A stretch of 64,000 bases of DNA. It comes from an uncultured Gammaproteobacteria bacterium (GTDB lineage: Bacteria > Patescibacteriota > Microgenomatia > Levybacterales > UBA12049). Shown piece by piece: positions 48,357 to 58,216 of this stretch. The stretch lies in contig CAZOHC010000001.1 in NCBI GenBank assembly GCA_964579845.1, positions 27,196-91,195 on the forward strand. The letters are read 5' to 3'. The position numbers were made by a program, and so were the translations under genes. The notes beneath the pieces were generated by a model. That model did no database searches. It saw only the letters and a list, made by a program, of their open reading frames with translations, and was not told the origin of the DNA. Every line of letters begins with the position of its first letter. Positions within the stretch are counted from its first letter, which is position 1.

Positions 48357-48895
48357 TCTTTTTTTAATGCCGTCGCACGTGGTATGAAAAATGCGCGGAC
48401 GATTTCATACCCTCCGAAGAAAAGAGCCGTATACATGAGATCACTCAGGACGGTGTTCCTAAAAAACGGAAGTGCATAGTAATAGGCATCCATCAGTCCT
48501 GACACGGTCTTTGGGTACAGCAGTCCTCCCATCCAGACACCGAAGTTCGTCAGAAGAAAGAACAACAATGACGACGTTAATGATGCGAGCAGGACAGTCG
48601 AAACCCTGGTGTGTTTTTTCAGTGCCATACCCAAAAACGCCGTCAAGAGAAAACTGCCGTACACGTAAGGCATCGTATCATGGAAGCCGATAATCACATC
48701 CGAGAGAAACATAGCACCGAGCGGAAGGATGAGGGCATATCGTTTGTCCAGGTAAAAACCGCTGAACAGCGCCAAGGCAGCGATTGGGGCGAAGTTTGGT
48801 GCATGCGGTATGACACGAATCAGTACTGCAACAGAGATGATGACAAGCGGCAGCAGGAACGGGGTGATCGCACTTAGTAGGTTTCTATTTTCCAT
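48353..48895 (-). CDS. DUF6580-like membrane protein, putative cobalamin uptake component
   Basis: RVIPHAPNFAPIAALALF, SD, FFLLTNFGVW, LPFFRN; lies in the B12 operon. Confidence 0.75.
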   Translation of the reverse strand: MENRNLLSAITPFLLPLVIISVAVLIRVIPHAPNFAPIAALALFSGFYLDKRYALILPLGAMFLSDVIIGFHDTMPYVYGSFLLTAFLGMALKKHTRVSTVLLASLTSSLLFFLLTNFGVWMGGLLYPKTVSGLMDAYYYALPFFRNTVLSDLMYTALFFGGYEIVRAFFIPRATALKKE

Positions 48896-49275
48896 TCGAT
48901 ACGGTCTCCTTCCTTCGTAATGTATTGTTGAGGCCCGACAGGAGAAGAGGTTCCGTTCACATAAAATGCCCAGAACTCTCGCTTGTCAGCTTCTGCTTCC
49001 CGTCCGTTAATTGAGGTAACAAGGCCGGCCTCGTCCTGCGTTATCTGATAGTAACGCTCAAGAAGTAATAAAGCATTGACGCCTTCCTGTCCTTCATAGG
49101 AATAGTGAGGTTCTGCTGCAGGACGTATTTCTTCTTGCGAAGCAGGCGTCGTATTCCGGCTCGCAGTCTGTGATGGTGTGAGACGAACAAGCGTAGCTCC
49201 GACAGCGATCAACGTCACGACAGAGACAACTATGAGTATCAGTTTATATTTATGTTGTTGTAACACGTTCTGCAT
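48874..49275 (-). CDS. DUF4430 (transcobalamin C-terminal-like) membrane-anchored protein
   Basis: TM, LVTSING, FWAFYVNG, VG..QY...GDRIEW. Confidence 0.85.
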   Translation of the reverse strand: MQNVLQQHKYKLILIVVSVVTLIAVGATLVRLTPSQTASRNTTPASQEEIRPAAEPHYSYEGQEGVNALLLLERYYQITQDEAGLVTSINGREAEADKREFWAFYVNGTSSPVGPQQYITKEGDRIEWKIETY

Positions 49276-49413
49276 AAAAAAACTCCTCACCCGAGGAGTA
49301 TAGTCATCGTACGAACGATGCTTCCTGCTCGGGATAGAAACTACTGACTCGTTTTCTGACTGTCACAGTTACGGCATAGCCACGGACTTGCACCGTGCTT
49401 TCCGAATCAGTAG
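49276..49413 (-). ncRNA. Cobalamin riboswitch (upstream copy, compact class-II-like)
   Basis: CTACTGATTC/GAGTCAGTAG stem, GGAAA-GCACGG TGCAAGT CCGTG-GCTATGCCGTAACTGTGA core, CTCCTC/GAGGAG-T7 hairpin. Confidence 0.8.
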
Positions 49414-49419
49414 GATAGA

Positions 49420-51903
49420 TTAACATTCGCTATAGCCACAACTATAGCATTTTTTACAACCCTCTTCATACGCAAAACTACTGGTTCCGCACTCAGGGCA
49501 GATATCAAATAGGTTTGTTGTGGAGCTTGATAGATCATAGCCTTTTTCCTGAGGGATCATCGCAAGCTGTCCTTGAGGAACTGCTGCTTCGGAAGAAACT
49601 TGCTCTGAGGGTTCATCATGTTTCACACCGCTTCCGTTCGTGCTCCCTGCTGATACTGTCGCCGGAGACTGGAGCACCTGCGCGACAACTTCTTTATCTT
49701 CGACTTTCCCGTTTACTTTAAAATTTGAGTGCTTCGCAAGTGTTTTCGCCACGGCATCCGGTAATGAGCGAACCCGATTCTCTCCGAATCCGATGCTTCT
49801 TGCACCGCCCAGACCTGATAATTCCGAGATGATCTCTCGCATACGCTCTCGTGTCGGAACAGGGCTGTGAACACGGAGAACAAAAGAAATCATTCTGCCT
49901 AAAGCATCTGCCATTGCCATCAGGTCTGAACCTGATTTACCGTTATTAATAAAGACCTCAAACGGCTCGTTCTTCTCGTTGTGATTAATCGTGATATAGG
50001 TTTTCCCCGTCGGACTGGCTGTTTTATATGTGGTTCCGGTCAGCATCATCGGTCGGGACACACGAGGTGTGGCAGGAATAACAGGTTCAACAGGCACTGA
50101 TTTTTCAGCAGCTTGTTTATCAACAGCAGCATCTTTCTTTTTCTCATCAACGCGCTCTAACACACCAGCACGTGAGCCGTCGCGGAAATACGTTACACCT
50201 TTCAGCCCCATATCATAGGCCATCATATATAACGTCTTCACGTCATCAATGGTATGAGCATTCGGTGCGTTAACGGTTTTGGAAATCGAAGAATCAATAT
50301 ACTCCTGAGCAACTGCCTGCACTCGAGCGTGCTCAAGCGGCGTCAGGTCATTGGATGAGACAAAGTAGTCAGGTCGCTCTTCAGTCGGGTGAGCGTTTTT
50401 CCAGATCTCAAGCAGTGGATGGTACAGGATGTGCTCGCCTGTTCTGTCACGTCGAACAAAGGTAAACTCATATACAGGCTCAATTCCTGATGAAACACCG
50501 GAGAGGAGGGATGTGGTTCCGGTTGGAGCAATTGTTAACAGGACAGCATTGCGAATACCGTTTTTCGCGATTTTGTTCTGGATTGCTTTCGGGAGTGCTT
50601 TAATGTGATGGCCTTGCATGTATTTGTCCGCATCAAACATCGGGAACGCACCTTTTTCTTTCGCAATATCAGCTGATGCGTCGTATGCATTATCTCTGAG
50701 TGTTGCGAAGATCTTCTTAATAACCGGAAGTGATTCCTCAGAGCCATATCGGATTTTCATTTTGATTAGAGCATCTGCAATACCCATAATTCCCAGACCT
50801 GTTCTTCTGATATCTTTTGCACATTTTTCATTTTCTTTATAGAAGTAATAGGTATCGTCAATAACATTGTCTAAAAAGCGCATCGCGATACGCACGTCAT
50901 TCCCGAATGCCTCGTAATCAAACGTACCAGCTTTATCATTGGCGAGGTCTTCTCCTTTGACATACGCTGAGAGGTTCATCGCACCGAGATTACAGACAGC
51001 CCATGGGCCAAGCGGCTGTTCTCCGCATGGATTGGTCGCCTGCAGTCGTTCAAAATACCAGGTATTACTCCATTTATTTGAGCGCTCCAGGAAGTGAAGG
51101 CCGGGCTCAGCTGATTTCCAGGCAGCGGTACAGATCAGATCCCAGAGTTCCCGCGCTTTAACTGTTTTATAGACTTTCACTGCTCCGCCGAGTTCTTTCC
51201 ACTTTGCCATATCGCCGTCCCAGTCTGAATCATACTTCGGATCATCAAGATCAGGATACATGAGGTCCCAGTCCGAATCATCTTTGACAGCCTGCATAAA
51301 TGAGTCAGAAATACAGACAGAGAGATTCGCACCGTTAATTTTTGAGACATCCTGTTTTACCGTAATAAACTCCTCAACATCAGGATGCCAATCCCAGAGC
51401 ATGAGCATGGTAGCACCGCGACGCGAACCACCCTGCTGCACAATATCATGGGTTGCGACTGAGAAGAGGTTTGCCCAGTTGACAGGCCCTGAGGACGTCC
51501 CGTTTACCTTACGGACACGAGCTCCACGAGGTCGGAGTGAGGATAGGTTCAGCCCGACCCCGCCTGAGCGAGCTTGAATTTCAACTAATTGGCCAAGGGA
51601 TTCGAGGATACCGCCACGGGAATCTTTCGGAGATGGAATCACAAAGCAGTTAAAATACGTAACCTGGTAATCAGTTCCTGCTCCTGAGAGGATACGACCG
51701 CCCGGGACAAATTTAAAATCCGTCATGACGTCGTAAAACTTTTTCTGCCATTCACGGCGGACTTCTTTACTTTCTTGTTTAGCAACCCCACGGGCAACTC
51801 GCTTCCACATCTCTTCAGGAGTAGTCTCCGTCGGATCTCCGGCTTCATTCTTTAAGGAATAGCGATCTAAGAATACTTTTTGTCTGATACCGTCAAGTTT
51901 CAT
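49420..51903 (-). CDS. nrdJ: Class II (adenosylcobalamin-dependent) ribonucleotide reductase
   Basis: FVPGGRIL, NCF, GGVG, TNPCGEQ, CNLG, IAPTGT, KGVTYFRDGSR, C-terminal TSCPD-like domain and CPECG...CYSCGYSEC. Confidence 0.93.
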   Translation of the reverse strand: MKLDGIRQKVFLDRYSLKNEAGDPTETTPEEMWKRVARGVAKQESKEVRREWQKKFYDVMTDFKFVPGGRILSGAGTDYQVTYFNCFVIPSPKDSRGGILESLGQLVEIQARSGGVGLNLSSLRPRGARVRKVNGTSSGPVNWANLFSVATHDIVQQGGSRRGATMLMLWDWHPDVEEFITVKQDVSKINGANLSVCISDSFMQAVKDDSDWDLMYPDLDDPKYDSDWDGDMAKWKELGGAVKVYKTVKARELWDLICTAAWKSAEPGLHFLERSNKWSNTWYFERLQATNPCGEQPLGPWAVCNLGAMNLSAYVKGEDLANDKAGTFDYEAFGNDVRIAMRFLDNVIDDTYYFYKENEKCAKDIRRTGLGIMGIADALIKMKIRYGSEESLPVIKKIFATLRDNAYDASADIAKEKGAFPMFDADKYMQGHHIKALPKAIQNKIAKNGIRNAVLLTIAPTGTTSLLSGVSSGIEPVYEFTFVRRDRTGEHILYHPLLEIWKNAHPTEERPDYFVSSNDLTPLEHARVQAVAQEYIDSSISKTVNAPNAHTIDDVKTLYMMAYDMGLKGVTYFRDGSRAGVLERVDEKKKDAAVDKQAAEKSVPVEPVIPATPRVSRPMMLTGTTYKTASPTGKTYITINHNEKNEPFEVFINNGKSGSDLMAMADALGRMISFVLRVHSPVPTRERMREIISELSGLGGARSIGFGENRVRSLPDAVAKTLAKHSNFKVNGKVEDKEVVAQVLQSPATVSAGSTNGSGVKHDEPSEQVSSEAAVPQGQLAMIPQEKGYDLSSSTTNLFDICPECGTSSFAYEEGCKKCYSCGYSEC

Positions 51904-51906
51904 AGT

Positions 51907-52356
51907 TTAATTAGTTAAGGTCTTCACTTCTTTTTCAAAATCCTCTGCATCAACAAACCGTTTAAAGACACTCGCAAATCTGATATAGGCGACTTTATCG
52001 AGTTTTTTCAGCTCACCTGCAACGATCTCACCTATTCTCGCACTCTCAATCTCACTTTTCTCAGCGCACCTGGTCTCCCGTTCGATTGCAGTCACAATCC
52101 GCTCTATCTCTCCTACAGGAACAACTGTTTTCTCACATGCCCTGAGAATTCCTGTTTTTAATTTATCCCGATCAAAACGTTCACGTTTTCCGTCACGTTT
52201 GATCACGATCAAATTAACTGTTTCGATACGCTCATACGTCGTAAACCGCTTCGCACATGAAAAGCATGCCCTCCGCCTTCTGATCGTATCTAGGTCTTCA
52301 TTATCCCGTGTTTCAACAACTTCTGTTTCCCGGCTACCGCAATAAGGACAATGCAT
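51907..52356 (-). CDS. nrdR: Transcriptional repressor NrdR
   Basis: MHCPYC, IRRRRACFSC, RFTTYE, ATP-cone, VAYIRFASV. Confidence 0.95.
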   Translation of the reverse strand: MHCPYCGSRETEVVETRDNEDLDTIRRRRACFSCAKRFTTYERIETVNLIVIKRDGKRERFDRDKLKTGILRACEKTVVPVGEIERIVTAIERETRCAEKSEIESARIGEIVAGELKKLDKVAYIRFASVFKRFVDAEDFEKEVKTLTN

Positions 52357-52394
52357 ACATCTCGTTTCTCCAGTATTTCGAGCCTGATCCGAAA

Positions 52395-52447
52395 ACACTA
52401 GATTTAGTATCCAAGAAAATCATAGGCCACTACATAGGTAGTGTCAA
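52395..52447 (-). promoter_or_regulatory. nrdR promoter with tandem NrdR-box-like sites
   Basis: ACACTAGATTTAGTAT (52395-52410) and CCACTACATAGGTAGT (52427-52442), 32 bp apart; minus-strand TTGACA-17-TATGAT. Confidence 0.7.
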
Positions 52448-52522
52448 GAGATCAGAATAGATCAGGAAAAAAGCTTATGCGTAACGACATGTATTCCATA
52501 ATGTTTTCTTACATTTCAGGAC

Positions 52523-53086
52523 CTATTTCCCCGCGACAGAACCGGCAAGTTGTATATACTCCCGGGAACGTTTTAAAAGGAGTGAAAAATCTTCTTTCTT
52601 CTCTCCATCGAACCGGTCAGCTTCCTTGTGCAGCAGCTCATCATGTTTTTGGGCTGCAGTATAGAGTTTATCAGGAAGAGTGCCGAGTGTGTCTTTAACT
52701 GACGGATCTTCACGCTGTATGGTTGATAAGCCTGTTATCGCTTCATGCAGGTAGTTTTGTCCTTTAGAAATAGTAGTTATGGCGAGTCCGACATCCGGGT
52801 CTTCCTTATGCAGAAGAAATAAACCTGCTTGAAGCCGTTTATCTGCTTGCAAAAGATCAAACTCAGCTTTTTTTACAGGATCAGCAATAAAAAAACTCAC
52901 AATTCTGTCACGGGCTGCTTTCAGCAGATAAAAAGGATTATCAGGCAACAACCCGGGATATGGTAAGGCATATGAGACCGAAGGAACAGGTGTCGGTGTC
53001 TGGGTATCTATTTTTAGCGATTCTTGGGCAAATGAAGGAGTTACGAGGAGAAACAGGAAAACTACGACTGAAATGATACCTTTCAT
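52523..53086 (-). CDS. Secreted DUF5667-like protein
   Basis: Signal peptide, YALPYPGLLPDNPFYLLK, ADKRL. Confidence 0.7.
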   Translation of the reverse strand: MKGIISVVVFLFLLVTPSFAQESLKIDTQTPTPVPSVSYALPYPGLLPDNPFYLLKAARDRIVSFFIADPVKKAEFDLLQADKRLQAGLFLLHKEDPDVGLAITTISKGQNYLHEAITGLSTIQREDPSVKDTLGTLPDKLYTAAQKHDELLHKEADRFDGEKKEDFSLLLKRSREYIQLAGSVAGK

Positions 53087-53110
53087 AGTTGCGCTCCTAT
53101 ACTACTCAAA

Positions 53111-53764
53111 TTACTCAGTGTTTGCAAGCGAATGATCAGGGAGCAGTGCCATTCTTTGGGCATTCATAATCGCTTCGACTGCGCGAAGTGTTTCATCAAG
53201 AGCATTGTCTTCGTTTTCAACGAGGTAATCACAGTCCCGATATTGCTTCATTTCCCAAACGACTAACGGTTCGTTCCACCTAATCTTGGCCTTTTCTTCA
53301 CCTTCTGATGCGTATACACGCCGCTTCATTTCAGTAATGTTGGGTGCGGAGATATAGACAAAGACAGATCTTGGCACCATTTCTTTTATTTTTGCTTTAA
53401 TATTCTTCACGCCCTTTGCCTCAATCCGCCAGACAACATCAACACCCTGTGCCAACGCATCGGTCAGAGTTTTTTTCTGCGTTCCGTAGAGCTCTCCTCG
53501 AAACTCTACCCATTCAAAAAATGCTTCCTCAGCGATTAAACGTTCAAACTCTTCTCTGGAGAGGAAGTGATACGCCTTGCCTTCTTCTTCCCCGTCGCGT
53601 GGTTTCCTGCTCGTTGTTGTCACGATCTTTAGTGCAGTCGGGTACTTTTTTAAGAAGGCTGCGATAACGGTATCTTTTCCAGCACCACTCGGACCGGTCA
53701 AGACAAGCAAAACGCCTCGTTTCTTTTGGTCTGTCAGTTCTTCTTCAAGAGGTTTTACCATCAT
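53111..53764 (-). CDS. gmk: Guanylate kinase
   Basis: GPSGAGKDT, TTSRKPR..E..G..YHF, YGT. Confidence 0.9.
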   Translation of the reverse strand: MMVKPLEEELTDQKKRGVLLVLTGPSGAGKDTVIAAFLKKYPTALKIVTTTSRKPRDGEEEGKAYHFLSREEFERLIAEEAFFEWVEFRGELYGTQKKTLTDALAQGVDVVWRIEAKGVKNIKAKIKEMVPRSVFVYISAPNITEMKRRVYASEGEEKAKIRWNEPLVVWEMKQYRDCDYLVENEDNALDETLRAVEAIMNAQRMALLPDHSLANTE

Positions 53765-54801
53765 ACCGCGGAGTTATGGACCAGGAGGACTTCTTCAACA
53801 AGCCGATTAGCGTAGCCATACTCATTATCATACCAGGCAATAATTTTCACCATATTCCCGCCGACCACCTGCGTCAGAGATAAATCAACAATAGAGGAAT
53901 GAGAGTTTCCGATAATGTCTGAGGAGACCAGCGGATCCTCGGTTACCATCATGATCCCTTTGTAAGCATCAGTCTCTGCTTCTTTTTTCAGTAAGTCATT
54001 TACTTCTTCAACAGTCGTATCTTTCTTTAACAGAAAGGTGAAATCAGAGAGTGATCCGACGGACACAGGAACGCGAATCGCGAGTCCGTTAAAAATTCCT
54101 TTCAGCTCAGGGATCGCCTCAGCAGCAGCAAGCGTCGCACCGGTCGACGTCGGAATAATATTCAGTCCCGCAGCTCGTGCTCGACGATAGTCTTTATGTC
54201 CTCCGTCATGGAGTCGTTGATCTGAGGTATATCCGTGGATCGTCGTCATCATTGCTTTTTCAATACCGTAGGTTTTCTGCATGATGTTAGCAACCGGTGA
54301 GATACAGTTCGTGGTACACGATGCATTACTGATTACTTTTTCTCCTTGGTACTGGTCAGCATTTACTGACAGAACATAGGTCGGGACTGATCCTCCTTTG
54401 ACAGGTGCTGAGAGGATAACTGCTTTCGCTCCTGCATCAAGGTGTTTTTTCAAGTCTTCCTCTTTCGTAAATGCACCGGTTGACTCGATAACCACATCAA
54501 CCTCGTGCTTTCCCCACGGAAGAAGTGAGGGATCGCGCTGAGAGTAAACAGGAATTTCCTTGCCATCAATGAGGAATGATCCGATATAATCACCTTTTTC
54601 TTCTGCCTTTTTAAAGGAAATATCCATCGGCAAAAATCCATAGACGGAGTCGTACTTGAGGAGATACATCCACCCTTCGATATCAGTCGAGTGACCTGCA
54701 TTAATCGCGACAACTTCAATCTCATCACTGTGGTGTTCAAGTATCACCCGATGCGCGACGCGCCCGATTCGACCGTAACCGTTAATCGCAACTTTTACCA
54801 T
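53761..54801 (-). CDS. gap: Glyceraldehyde-3-phosphate dehydrogenase (type I)
   Basis: INGYGRIGR, ESTG, NASCTTNC, WYDNE. Confidence 0.96.
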   Translation of the reverse strand: MVKVAINGYGRIGRVAHRVILEHHSDEIEVVAINAGHSTDIEGWMYLLKYDSVYGFLPMDISFKKAEEKGDYIGSFLIDGKEIPVYSQRDPSLLPWGKHEVDVVIESTGAFTKEEDLKKHLDAGAKAVILSAPVKGGSVPTYVLSVNADQYQGEKVISNASCTTNCISPVANIMQKTYGIEKAMMTTIHGYTSDQRLHDGGHKDYRRARAAGLNIIPTSTGATLAAAEAIPELKGIFNGLAIRVPVSVGSLSDFTFLLKKDTTVEEVNDLLKKEAETDAYKGIMMVTEDPLVSSDIIGNSHSSIVDLSLTQVVGGNMVKIIAWYDNEYGYANRLVEEVLLVHNSAV

Positions 54802-54850
54802 ATATCTAAACTATACCGAAGACATGTTTATTACGCAAGTAGAAATCCCA

Positions 54851-55882
54851 TTAATTCGTAAACTCTTGGGTATACATCTTCCCGTAGATCCCCCCATCCA
54901 TCACACCGATGCCGATTTTCCCGAAATTCTCAGAGAGGATATTTGCTTTATGCCCAGGAGAATTCATCAATCCCTGCATCGCAAAAACAGTCGTGGGTGC
55001 CAGTGCGAGGTTTTCACCTGCGGCTAAGAATGCTATGCCTGATGCTTCCATTCGGTCAAATGGTGACAGCGGTGGATCGTCCGGTGTGTAATGTGCGCAG
55101 TTGCACCTGCTGAACATGTCCGCCGAGTTTCCTCTCGCCAGATCACGAAGCTCTGTATCAAAAATAAGTGGTTTCAGTCCGCGCCTAACTCGCTCATGAT
55201 TTACCATGTGAAACATCTCTTGCTCTGCGTCTTCATCAACGCTCGGGTGCTGTACCGTAAAGCCCAGGTCCACTGACTCACTACTCTCCGGTTCAATCGT
55301 CAAATAGGTCAGCGTATCCTTGAGCGCACCTCCGAAAACTTCATTTATTTTTCCTTCAATTACCGCCGTGTTAGCAATCAGTAACGGGCCGGTCCGCGAA
55401 CCTGAGACCAGCTCTTTTAAAGCCGGTGATGAAGGGAGAGCGATAACAACACTAAGCAAAAATGTCAGGACGATAAGTGCTGAAATCAGACCCGGTACCA
55501 TGCCGAGCCAATGATTAAGCCCTGAGAAGCGCTCGCGGACAACATCAGGCAGTGACGGAATAGGATAGCGGTGAACGAGAAATTTCAACAGCAGATTCAG
55601 CCCGATCTCAGCTCCGAGTGCGATACAGAAAAACCCGAGCGCATTAGCAAAGCCTTGTGGCATAGCAAAAAGCATCATGAAGACAGTACCCGCAGCTGTA
55701 TAAAATAACAGTGCCAGAAGAAAAGAAAGGATAAAGCTCAGGAGGTCAAGCGTGGCCAAGAAAAAACCGACGACATACCCCTCATACAGATAAAACGCGA
55801 CAACCGCAAGAACGATAATGTCTAAAATATTAAACGGTAAGGTCGGAAACTGCAGTAATGTGAATAACTCGGTAAAGCTCAT
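54851..55882 (-). CDS. CvpA-like membrane domain fused to a CAP domain
   Basis: N-terminal LDII...YEGY TM bundle; VNHER, GENLA, LMNSPGHKANIL. Confidence 0.8.
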   Translation of the reverse strand: MSFTELFTLLQFPTLPFNILDIIVLAVVAFYLYEGYVVGFFLATLDLLSFILSFLLALLFYTAAGTVFMMLFAMPQGFANALGFFCIALGAEIGLNLLLKFLVHRYPIPSLPDVVRERFSGLNHWLGMVPGLISALIVLTFLLSVVIALPSSPALKELVSGSRTGPLLIANTAVIEGKINEVFGGALKDTLTYLTIEPESSESVDLGFTVQHPSVDEDAEQEMFHMVNHERVRRGLKPLIFDTELRDLARGNSADMFSRCNCAHYTPDDPPLSPFDRMEASGIAFLAAGENLALAPTTVFAMQGLMNSPGHKANILSENFGKIGIGVMDGGIYGKMYTQEFTN

Positions 55883-55978
55883 ACGGTCGTCTTCTTATTA
55901 TACGCAAAACCCGATTCCCTGTCCCCTGGAAACTGAGAGTTTTTGATAGGAAGAAATGAAACATGGTATTATTACCAC

Positions 55979-58138
55979 ATGAAAGTGAAAGTTATCAAGA
56001 AGAAAAAGCTGCCCCGGAAACGGTTTCTTTTCCTGTGGCTCCTCCTTCTCTTACCGATTCTGATCGCAGTCGGTGTTTTTTACTATTATATTCTGAAAGA
56101 CCTTCCCTCACCGACGCATCTGAGCACGAATTCGCTCGGCCAATCAACCCAGATCTATGATCGTAACGGTGTCAGGCTGTATACAATCTATGATAATAAA
56201 AATCAGACCTTCGTTCCGTTAAAGACGATTCCCAGAAACCTTCAGCTCGCAACCTTGGTGGCTGAGGATAAGGATTTTTATAAACACGGCGCGATTGACC
56301 TGCGGGGTGTCGCCAGGGCGTTCTACGCAACAATCTTCCAGAAAAACCTTCAGGGTGGGTCAACACTCACACAGCAGTTAGTAAAAAACAGCTTGCTGAC
56401 GCCGGAGCGCACTATTCAGCGTAAACTCAAAGAACTCATTCTCTCATTCGCAACTGAAGCGCTCTATTCTAAAGATGAGATTATCGAGATGTATCTGAAT
56501 CAGGTTCCTTACGGTGGGACAGCCTACGGTGTTCAAGCTGCGTCAAGAATGTATTTCGGAAAAGACGTGGATAAACTGACACTGGCAGAGAGTGCACTGT
56601 TAGCCGGATTTCCTGAATCACCTTCAACCTATGCACCGTTCGGATCACGCCCTGAACTCGGCAAGCAGCGACAAGAATATATCCTCAGGAGAATGCAGGA
56701 AGAAGGATTTATCACCGCGAAAGAACGTGAAGAAGCACTGAAGCAAAAAATAAGCTTCAGAAGCACGATCAGTGAGATCAAAGCACCGCATTTTGTGTTT
56801 TATGTACGGGATCTTTTAGTAAAAAAATACGGTGAACGAACGGTCAACGAAGGCGGGCTCCAGGTCAAAACCAGCCTGGATCTCTCAATGCAGGAATTTG
56901 CAGAACAAACCGTTGCCAGTGAAGTTGCGGAGTTAAAGCGATTTAACGGTAGTAACGGCGCAGCGCTGGTCACCAACCCCGGGACAGGAGAGGTACTGGC
57001 AATGGTTGGTTCCAGGAACTACTTTGACCAGGAAATTGACGGGAATGTGAATATTACCCTGTCACATCGACAACCAGGCTCTTCAATTAAGCCGATTAAC
57101 TATGCTGTAGGATTGATCAAGGGATATGCTGCTTCAACCCCTTTCATCGATAAAGCAAGTTGCTTTCCAGGAAGGCCGACGTACTGTCCGAAAAACTATG
57201 ACGGGAAATACCACGGTGTTGTTTCTTTCCGAAATGCACTCGGCAACTCACTGAATATCCCGGCCGTACAGATGCTGAAAGTAAACGGGCTGGATGCTAT
57301 GATTGCAACAGCCTCGGCGATGGGTATTACAACCTTTAAAGATCCGGAGCGCTATGGATTATCACTCACCTTAGGCGGTGGTGAGGTCACGATGACTGAT
57401 ATGGCAACTGCCTTCGGTGTCTTCGCAAACAGAGGCTATCGTATTGACCTGCATCCGATTTTAAAAGTCACTGATAAAACAGGAAAAGTGCTCGAAGAAT
57501 ATACCCCACCTGAAAGTCCTATTTTCGGAAAAAAAGTATTACCACCCGGCGTTGCGTTTATAATCTCAGACATTTTACAAGATAACGGAGCCAGAACAAT
57601 GGCGTTCGGGCCAAACTCCATGCTTCGCATTCCGGGACAGACAGTGTCAGTCAAAACAGGTACGACCAATGATTACCGGGATAACTGGACGATCGGCTAT
57701 ACCCCTTCCCTGCTCACAGCTGTTTGGGTAGGAAATAATGATAACACCCCGATGAGCGGCGTTGTCTCAGGTGTCACAGGAGCTGCTCCGATATGGAACA
57801 CACTGATGACGGAGTTTCTCAAAGATAAACCTGCCGAACCGTTAGCACAGCCTTCTGATGTTATTTCGCGAGCAGTCTGCACCAGTAGCGGGAGCATTCC
57901 TCCTGCTGAGGGATGTCAGACACGACGCGAGTATTTCCTCAAAGATTATCCTGTCAAGCAACCGATTACCAGGCGGGAAAAAGTGTTTATTGATAAAGAA
58001 ACCGGCGATATTGCACCGGCAGGTAAGACAGAAAATGTTGAAGAGCGGGAAGAGACGATTATTATCGACCCACTAGGAAACCGTTACTGTCTGACATGTC
58101 CGCACCCCTCCCCGAGTGAATCTCCTCAACCCGAATAG
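55979..58138 (+). CDS. Class A penicillin-binding protein (PBP1A family)
   Basis: EDKDFY, GGSTLTQQL, RKLKE, GSSIK (SxxK), SLN, KTGT. Confidence 0.93.
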   Translation: MKVKVIKKKKLPRKRFLFLWLLLLLPILIAVGVFYYYILKDLPSPTHLSTNSLGQSTQIYDRNGVRLYTIYDNKNQTFVPLKTIPRNLQLATLVAEDKDFYKHGAIDLRGVARAFYATIFQKNLQGGSTLTQQLVKNSLLTPERTIQRKLKELILSFATEALYSKDEIIEMYLNQVPYGGTAYGVQAASRMYFGKDVDKLTLAESALLAGFPESPSTYAPFGSRPELGKQRQEYILRRMQEEGFITAKEREEALKQKISFRSTISEIKAPHFVFYVRDLLVKKYGERTVNEGGLQVKTSLDLSMQEFAEQTVASEVAELKRFNGSNGAALVTNPGTGEVLAMVGSRNYFDQEIDGNVNITLSHRQPGSSIKPINYAVGLIKGYAASTPFIDKASCFPGRPTYCPKNYDGKYHGVVSFRNALGNSLNIPAVQMLKVNGLDAMIATASAMGITTFKDPERYGLSLTLGGGEVTMTDMATAFGVFANRGYRIDLHPILKVTDKTGKVLEEYTPPESPIFGKKVLPPGVAFIISDILQDNGARTMAFGPNSMLRIPGQTVSVKTGTTNDYRDNWTIGYTPSLLTAVWVGNNDNTPMSGVVSGVTGAAPIWNTLMTEFLKDKPAEPLAQPSDVISRAVCTSSGSIPPAEGCQTRREYFLKDYPVKQPITRREKVFIDKETGDIAPAGKTENVEEREETIIIDPLGNRYCLTCPHPSPSESPQPE

Positions 58139-58216
58139 TCACTCATCCGGTTTTACTGCTTTTCAAGGCCAAACTGCTTTAGTATAATCGTCTGACCTCC
58201 TGCTCTCGTTCTTGCT

